64,000 nt of DNA, from NCBI GenBank assembly GCA_963739455.1, contig CAVUAK010000001.1, forward strand, positions 992,001-1,056,000. The letters are read 5' to 3'. Each line of letters opens with the position of its first letter. The first letter of the stretch is position 1. The position numbers and the translations under genes were made by a program. A model generated the notes under the pieces. It was not told where the DNA came from and searched no databases. It worked only from the letters and a program-made list of their open reading frames with translations. Shown here in pieces: positions 58,151-64,000 of the stretch. This DNA comes from an uncultured Gemmatimonadales bacterium (GTDB lineage: Bacteria > Gemmatimonadota > Gemmatimonadetes > Gemmatimonadales > GWC2-71-9).

Positions 58151-58230
58151 TAGTAGCAATTAGTGCTACTATTCATGCTGTAATGGCAGCCACCCAAATG
58201 CTTGACGCCGATTACGGCCCGATATACGTT
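58151..58230 (+). promoter_or_regulatory. Palindromic operator and sigma70 promoter
   Basis: TAGTAGCA-N5-TGCTACTA (58151-58171); TTGACG-N17-TACGTT (58202-58230). Confidence 0.6.
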
Positions 58231-58295
58231 GCCGCCCAACCGACACTGTCGTGTCGGCGTTTCTCTCCCAGCGCTTCCGAAGCGCGGAGGTGTAT

Positions 58296-58691
58296 GTGGC
58301 AACAGAGCTTGGCGGGTCGCAGATCACGACCCTGATGGAGACGCTGCCTGGCATCGCGAACGTGCTGCGGAGTCCGGTAGCCGACGCGATCATCAACCTG
58401 ATCCGCTCCAGCGTTCGGCTTCGCGACTTTCAGTACGCCGATGCTGACGAGATGGTGAAGTACGCGATCCGCCGGAACCTTCTCGGAAATGATGAGGGTG
58501 AGCGGGTGCTCGCTGAGGCCAAGGCCGCCGAGCAGAAGCGGGCTGACAAGGCCGCCGAGCGGGCGCAGCACAAGGCACATCCACCCGCCAAGAAGGTGGT
58601 CAAGCCGAAGGCTGTTGCGAAGCCCAAGGCAAGCAAGAACGTCAAGGCAGTGAAGCCCGCCAAGAAGGCGAAGCCGGCGAAGAAGCGCTAG
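58296..58691 (+). CDS. Small basic protein with a histone-H1-like Lys/Ala/Pro tail
   Basis: GGAGG RBS and GTG; tail PAKKVVKPKAVAKPKASKNVKAVKPAKKAKPAKKR. Confidence 0.8.
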   Translation: MATELGGSQITTLMETLPGIANVLRSPVADAIINLIRSSVRLRDFQYADADEMVKYAIRRNLLGNDEGERVLAEAKAAEQKRADKAAERAQHKAHPPAKKVVKPKAVAKPKASKNVKAVKPAKKAKPAKKR

Positions 58692-58709
58692 ACCAGCTGC
58701 AGTGCCGCC

Positions 58710-60398
58710 CTAGACCCGGAACTCGGTGACCAGGGCGGCCAGGCGGTTGGATGCCTGGAGCAGTTCCGCCGCCGCCGCTGCCATCTCCTCAGTCGATGCA
58801 CTCTGTTCTTCCGCCGCCGCGGTGACTTCCTCGCTGGCGGAGGCGTTCTCGTTCGCCGCCGATCCGGCTTCTGCCGTCCGCTCGCCCAGCGCCGTGACGG
58901 TCTCCTCATTCTTCGCTGCCTCGCGGGCCACGTCCTCGGCCGCGGAGCGAACTCCCTCCACCGCCCCGACGATTTCCTCGAGCGCATGCGCCGCCGCCCC
59001 GGCCACCGACTCTACGCCGGAAACCTTGGCGGAGCCCGCATCCATGGTGGCCGCCACTTCCGCCATCTGCTGCTGGATCTGCGACACGGTGCGAGCGACT
59101 TCCTCAGCGGCCTGTGCGCTGGAGTCGGCCAGGCGACGAACCTCCTCGGCGACGACCGCGAATCCCCGTCCATGTTCTCCCGCCCTGGCCGCCTCGATGG
59201 CGGCATTGAGCGCGAGCAGGTTGGTCTGCGACGAGATCTGCTTGATCAGCTCGATGAAGTCAGAAATGGCCCGCGAGGTGCGCGCGAGAGCCTGCACCTG
59301 CCCCGTCGAGGTGCGCACGACCTCACGCACATCGAGCAGTGCCTTCCCCGCGCCCGACACGTCACCGCGATGATACTCGGCGAGACGGCGGATCTTGTCG
59401 CCCACGTCCACCACGCGACGCGCCGCGGCCGTGTTGCCAACCGCCGTCTCGCGCAATGACACGAGCAGCACGTCGGCGGCGCGCATGCCGGTGGCCTGGC
59501 GCTCAGCGCTGTCGGCTACCCGCACCATCGCGGTGGAGATCTCGCCGCTGGTGGCCGCGAGTTCCTCGCTCATCGCGGAGAAATCGCTCGCATTGGCACT
59601 GATGGACCGCGCCTCGCCGATCACCGACTCCACCAGCCCGCGGAGGCGAGTTCGCATCCGGTCGAGCGCGTGAGCCAGTCGGCCGAGCTCGCTCGGCATG
59701 TCGCCCAGGTCGAGTGGACGAAGGTCGCCGGCCCCGAATCGGTCGGCGGCACCGACGAGCTTCTTCAGCGGGAGGTCGATGGCGCGCACCACGACGACGA
59801 CGGTGCCGAGTCCAAAGGCAAGTGCGCCACTGAAGAGGAGCCACAGGATGGTGCGGCGCTGTTGCGTCTCCTGCTGCAACTCCTGCTGCCCGCGCAACGC
59901 AGACTGCGACTGTGAATCGGACAGGCGCTGCACATCCTCGGTGAGCGTCGTGGCTGGCGCGCGGGCCTGCTCGGCCGCGACGCGCGCCTCATCGGGACGA
60001 CCCAGGTCGGTCAGCGCGAAGGCCCGGCCAAAGGCCACCTCGATGCGGGCCTGCACGTCGGCGATGCGATTGAGCACGATGCGGTCGCTGTTGCCGAGTG
60101 ACGCCAGTTGCTGGTAGCGGCGCTGGTATGCGTAGGCCGAGTCACCATGAATGATGAACGCGGTGCGCAGCGAGTCGGATGGGTGCGTGAGGTATTGCTC
60201 AGCCGCGCGGATCTGGCTGTTCGACGTCGACACGAGGCCGGCCCCGACCTGCGCGATCTCGAGCATCGAGGCGAGCTGCCCGCTCACCAGCTTGTCCAGC
60301 GCGCTGATGGTGTTCACCGCCAGCATGGCGAGGGCGAGGACCAGCACGAGCAGCAGGCCCATGCCCGAGAGGACGCGACTGCGCAGGCTCCCGAGCAT
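58710..60398 (-). CDS. Methyl-accepting chemotaxis protein
   Basis: Two TM helices, [41 protein letters not shown]. Confidence 0.95.
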   Translation of the reverse strand: MLGSLRSRVLSGMGLLLVLVLALAMLAVNTISALDKLVSGQLASMLEIAQVGAGLVSTSNSQIRAAEQYLTHPSDSLRTAFIIHGDSAYAYQRRYQQLASLGNSDRIVLNRIADVQARIEVAFGRAFALTDLGRPDEARVAAEQARAPATTLTEDVQRLSDSQSQSALRGQQELQQETQQRRTILWLLFSGALAFGLGTVVVVVRAIDLPLKKLVGAADRFGAGDLRPLDLGDMPSELGRLAHALDRMRTRLRGLVESVIGEARSISANASDFSAMSEELAATSGEISTAMVRVADSAERQATGMRAADVLLVSLRETAVGNTAAARRVVDVGDKIRRLAEYHRGDVSGAGKALLDVREVVRTSTGQVQALARTSRAISDFIELIKQISSQTNLLALNAAIEAARAGEHGRGFAVVAEEVRRLADSSAQAAEEVARTVSQIQQQMAEVAATMDAGSAKVSGVESVAGAAAHALEEIVGAVEGVRSAAEDVAREAAKNEETVTALGERTAEAGSAANENASASEEVTAAAEEQSASTEEMAAAAAELLQASNRLAALVTEFRV

Positions 60399-61537
60399 CA
60401 AAGCCCACCTGCCAGCAACACCGCGCCGTTGCGCACGACGGTGATGTAGACCTGCTTGTCGTGGACGTCGCCGAGGGAATCGAATGCGATCTTGCCGGTG
60501 GCGCCCTCGAACGCCGGCGCGCCGCGGCCGACCCGGTCCAGTGCGCGACGCACGCTCTCCCGGCTGGGACCACCCTCCTCGATCGCGCGGGCCAGCAGGT
60601 TCACGGCGTCATAGGTGGCGGCAGCCGGCTGGTTCGGCACCGGCGTCGCGGGATACTTCTGCGCGTAGGCGGCGACGAATTTCCGGTTGGCCGGCGTGTT
60701 GAGGCTTGGGTGGTAAGCGGCACTCACGTAGGTGCCCTCCGCGACCGGGCCAGCTTCCTCGATGCCCTCGAGCCCATCGCCCCCGAGCATCGGCACCTGC
60801 AGGTTGAGCGCGCGCGCACTGCGCAGGATCGACTCGGCGTCCGGCCGGTTGCCGGCGACGAAGAGGAACTGCGGACGCTGCAGCTTCGCCAGCCGCTCGA
60901 GTTGCGGACCGAGCTCGGGCGCGGTCCCGAGGTAGGGCTCCATGCCGACGAGCTTGCCACCGCGCTCCTTGAGGTTCGCGGCGAAGGCCTGGCGGATGCC
61001 GCGCCCGTAGTCATCGTCGAGGTAGAATACGGCGCCCTGCTTGAATTGGAGTCGGTCAGTCACCCAGCGTGCCAGGGCGGCACCATGCGCCAGGTCGCTC
61101 GGGCACATCCGGAAGGTATAGGGTCCTGCGTCGCTCACCTCAGGCGCTGATGACGACGGGGTGACGGCGACGAGCGGGTGGGAGCCACCATTGTAGATCG
61201 GGGCGGCCGCGAGCGTGGTACCGGAGAAGAGGTGCCCGACGACGGCCACGGCATCGGACGAGTAGAGTTCACCGGCGACGCGCACCGCCGAGTCGGGGTT
61301 CGCAAAATCGTCGCGCTCGATGAGCGCGAGGGGCCGTCCCCTGACGCCGCCGCGCGCGTTGATCTCCTCGACGGCAAGCTGCGCGGCGCGCCGCATCGGT
61401 TCGCCGATGGGATCCGAGAGGGCGCCCGTGACGCCGATATAAATGGGGCGTTCAGCGCGGTTGCAGCTGGCGAGCCCGACCAGGAGCAGCAGGGCCAGAA
61501 CCGGCACCGCGCGCTTGACGTGCGGTAGAATGACCAT
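60398..61537 (-). CDS. LivJ/LivK-like substrate-binding lipoprotein
   Basis: Lipobox [45 protein letters not shown]. Confidence 0.9.
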   Translation of the reverse strand: MVILPHVKRAVPVLALLLLVGLASCNRAERPIYIGVTGALSDPIGEPMRRAAQLAVEEINARGGVRGRPLALIERDDFANPDSAVRVAGELYSSDAVAVVGHLFSGTTLAAAPIYNGGSHPLVAVTPSSSAPEVSDAGPYTFRMCPSDLAHGAALARWVTDRLQFKQGAVFYLDDDYGRGIRQAFAANLKERGGKLVGMEPYLGTAPELGPQLERLAKLQRPQFLFVAGNRPDAESILRSARALNLQVPMLGGDGLEGIEEAGPVAEGTYVSAAYHPSLNTPANRKFVAAYAQKYPATPVPNQPAAATYDAVNLLARAIEEGGPSRESVRRALDRVGRGAPAFEGATGKIAFDSLGDVHDKQVYITVVRNGAVLLAGGL

Positions 61538-61568
61538 TGAGCGGGGAGGCTACTCCCCGGTCCCCCGA

Positions 61569-61844
61569 ATGGCAATACCCGCACCTGCCGCTGTCTTCGA
61601 CCTGCACGGCCTGTCCGTGCTCGACGCCGTCACCAGCGCCGAGCGCTTCCTGCGTGCCCAGCGCCGGGCGCGCCCAGGGGCGAGCGTCCGGCTCATCACC
61701 GGCCGCGGCCGGTCAGGTGGTGGCGCGCCGATACGCACGAGGGTGCGCACACTGCTCCGCACGTTGGAGGCGCAGGGCAATGTGGTGCGCGCGTTCGAAT
61801 TGGAAGACAGCGAGGGAAGCTTTCTGGTGAAGCTCGCCGGCTAG
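61569..61844 (+). CDS. Stand-alone Smr (small MutS-related) domain protein
   Basis: FDLHGL, RLITGRG, GSFLVKL. Confidence 0.85.
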   Translation: MAIPAPAAVFDLHGLSVLDAVTSAERFLRAQRRARPGASVRLITGRGRSGGGAPIRTRVRTLLRTLEAQGNVVRAFELEDSEGSFLVKLAG

Positions 61845-62478
61845 CGCGCCGGCGAGGGCTCGATACCCTGGACCGACCGAGGTGTCGGCGGGCGGCTTGG
61901 TGGTGGTGGTGGCCTTCTTCGTGGTCGCCGGCTTCTTGGCTGGTGGCGGCCTTCTGCGGCGGGCCGCGCCGCGCCGTCCACGCATCGAGCACGTTGCCGT
62001 CGATCAGTGCCACCGAGGTGGCCTTGGCGCCCTGCTGCGCGCGCCACGTCAGCCGGATCATCGTGCCCTTCCGCACCCACTGCATCATCCACTGGGAATT
62101 CTGCGCCTTCGCGTTGACCCGGCCATAGCGCCGCTCGAGTGAGCTGCGAAGCTGGTCAAGCTCATCGGGCGCCAGGTTGCCTGCGATGGTAAGCACGCTC
62201 GTGACGCTGTCGACTGCGGACATCCAGAGTTCGAGCGGTTCCGCAGCCTCCGGCACGCTCACCGTGGCGCGGCACTCCTCGACGCGCGAGTCCACCTTGG
62301 AGCGATCACAGCGAAGGTGGCCACCATCGCGATCGGCGATGGTTTCCGCAACGACGCGCACGGTGGCCCCGGCCTGAATCCCGAAGACCGACAGCGGGTC
62401 AGTGGCCGGCGCCGCCTGCGCCATGAGCGGCAGGGGCACGAGCGCCAGGAGAACGAACGCGAGAGCGGTACGGGTCAC
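61841..62478 (-). CDS. Hypothetical exported protein with a Lys/Thr-rich tail; frameshift(s) near 61945-61880; end approximate
   Basis: Signal peptide, two Cys residues, KKPATTKKATTTTKPP tail in the shifted frame. Confidence 0.6.
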
Positions 62479-62547
62479 GCGATACCCCGGAGGACAGGAT
62501 GCGAGCCATTGCGTGCAAGGAATGCGCCCCGGCCGGGGCATGACGCG

Positions 62548-62576
62548 CCGGTGACCCGGGCAGGCCGGGTCACCGG
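62548..62576 (-). terminator. Hairpin downstream of the cold-shock gene
   Basis: Perfect 12-bp stem CCGGTGACCCGG/CCGGGTCACCGG; no strong U tract. Confidence 0.55.
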
Positions 62577-62583
62577 TCTGGGC

Positions 62584-62784
62584 TCATGCCCGGCGGACGT
62601 TCGCCGCCTGCAGGCCCTTAGGCCCCTCGACGACCTCGAACTCGACGGGATCTCCCTCGGCGAGCGAGCGGAAGCCGTCCATCTGGATCGCGGTGTGATG
62701 AACGAAGACGTCCTTGCCGCCGTCCTGCGCAATGAACCCGAAGCCCTTCGCATCGTTGAACCACTTCACCTTGCCCGTAGCCAT
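62584..62784 (-). CDS. Cold-shock protein (CspA family)
   Basis: [33 protein letters not shown]. Confidence 0.97.
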   Translation of the reverse strand: MATGKVKWFNDAKGFGFIAQDGGKDVFVHHTAIQMDGFRSLAEGDPVEFEVVEGPKGLQAANVRRA

Positions 62785-63013
62785 TCGGAACGGCCTCATC
62801 TTGGGGAGCACGCAGCTCCGGTCCGGCGGCCGGTCGGGATGGCCGGCCCCAAAATGGAAGCGCGCCGATCAGGGCGGTGTGCCCGTCGGCGCGGCTGGAA
62901 GCCAGGGACCTGTCAAGGCAAACACCTGCATGTCCTAAGCTTCCGGCTGCCATGGCATTTGTCAATGCGCCGGGGCGCTGTGCGCGCCCTGACTGCAAAT
63001 CGCTGCAGTGCGC

Positions 63014-64000
63014 TCAGGTCAGCCCGGTCCGCATGGCGGTCAGCACCTGGGTGGTAAAGGTGTCGATCTCGGCGGTCGTCGTGTACACGTTGGGCGTGAT
63101 CCGGAGCCCGCTGAACTGCGGGTGCACGATGAGCGTGGTGACGATGCGCTGCTGGTTGAGCAACCACGCCTGCAGCTTCGCGGGATCGAGGCCCGCGATG
63201 GTGACGAACCCGATGGCGGCGCTGTCGGGCGAGTTGAGCGGGGTCAGCACCTTCACCCGGTCGCTCGAGGCCTGAAGCGGCACGGCCCAGCGGTCGCGGA
63301 GGTAGCGCAGGCGCGCCACCTTGCGATCGGGACCGATCGCCTGGTGGAACGTGAGGGCGACGCTGATGGCGTTGTGGTTCGCCGCTGGATGCGTCCCGAT
63401 CTCCTCGTACTTCCGGATATTCGCGTTCATTTCCGCGGGTGCACGCCATCATCGGCCAGAGGCCGGGGATCTGGCTGCGCCGCACATAGAGGAATCCGGT
63501 GCCGATCGGGGCGAGCAGCCACTTGTGCAGGCTGGTGCCGTAGTAGTCGCAATCGAGCGAGTCGCGGTCGAAGGGGAAATGGGCAAAGGCATGGGCCCCG
63601 TCGACGAACACCGCGATCCCCTTTGGCCGCGCCATCGTCACGATGTCGCGCACCGGGAGGATCTGCCCGGTGAGGTTGGTGATGTGGGTGACCTCGATGA
63701 CGCGCGTGCGCGGCGTGATGGCGGCCGCGAACTGGTCCACGATGTACTGCTGCGACGGCGGGGGCACATCGAACTTGATCGTCTTCACCACGATGCCGTC
63801 GCGGCGCGCGCGCTGGCCCCAGGTCGTGAGCATGCGCCCATAGTTCTGGTCGGAGACGATGACCTCGTCGCCCCGCTTCAGGTCGAGGCCGAGGATCATC
63901 GTCTCGTTGGCCTCGGAGGCGTTGCGGGTGATCGCCAGTTCCTCCGGGTCGCAGCCGAACTGCGCCGCGAGGCCGATGCGGACTGACTCGACCCTGGGCT
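63014..64000 (-). CDS. Class V PLP-dependent aminotransferase (isopenicillin N epimerase-like), 3' part; frameshift ~63435
   Basis: TRNASEAN, THITNLTG, VDGAHA, GTSLHKWL. Confidence 0.9.

Noticed and set aside
58020..58220. Replication origin or mobile-element end in the AT-rich tract
   Set aside because: No clustered DnaA boxes, flanking repeats or mobility genes; better explained as a divergent promoter region

Overview
High-GC bacterial chromosomal segment of housekeeping and cell-envelope genes; gene content suggests Gemmatimonadota, but that is inference. In order: ahcY with an ArsR-methyltransferase (SahR-type) regulator; several peptidases; a ppk2/AI-2E/SulP/VIT-like cluster facing a DUF3300-DUF2950 pair; three RND efflux loci; a rhodanese; a divergent Lgt paralogue facing a tiny lipoprotein; GDPD, nitronate monooxygenase, thioesterase and pdxH; an uncharacterised envelope gene run; TPP-riboswitch-controlled thiC; a two-component system divergent from potABCD; HEAT and Hpt-like proteins; bcp, lepB and an MFS transporter; a histone-H1-like-tail protein; an SBP-MCP pair; a stand-alone Smr protein; a cold-shock gene; and a class V aminotransferase. 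About 20 genes carry single-base frameshifts, most simply explained as long-read assembly errors. I found no rRNA, tRNA, CRISPR array, integrase or transposase. No new system is proven. The best leads are the Lgt-paralogue/micro-lipoprotein cassette, the HEAT protein with a c-di-GMP-like Arg motif next to a His-less Hpt-like protein, the ppk2/DUF3300 cluster, and the histone-like/Zn-ribbon divergon. Family calls are motif recognition by eye, not database searches.
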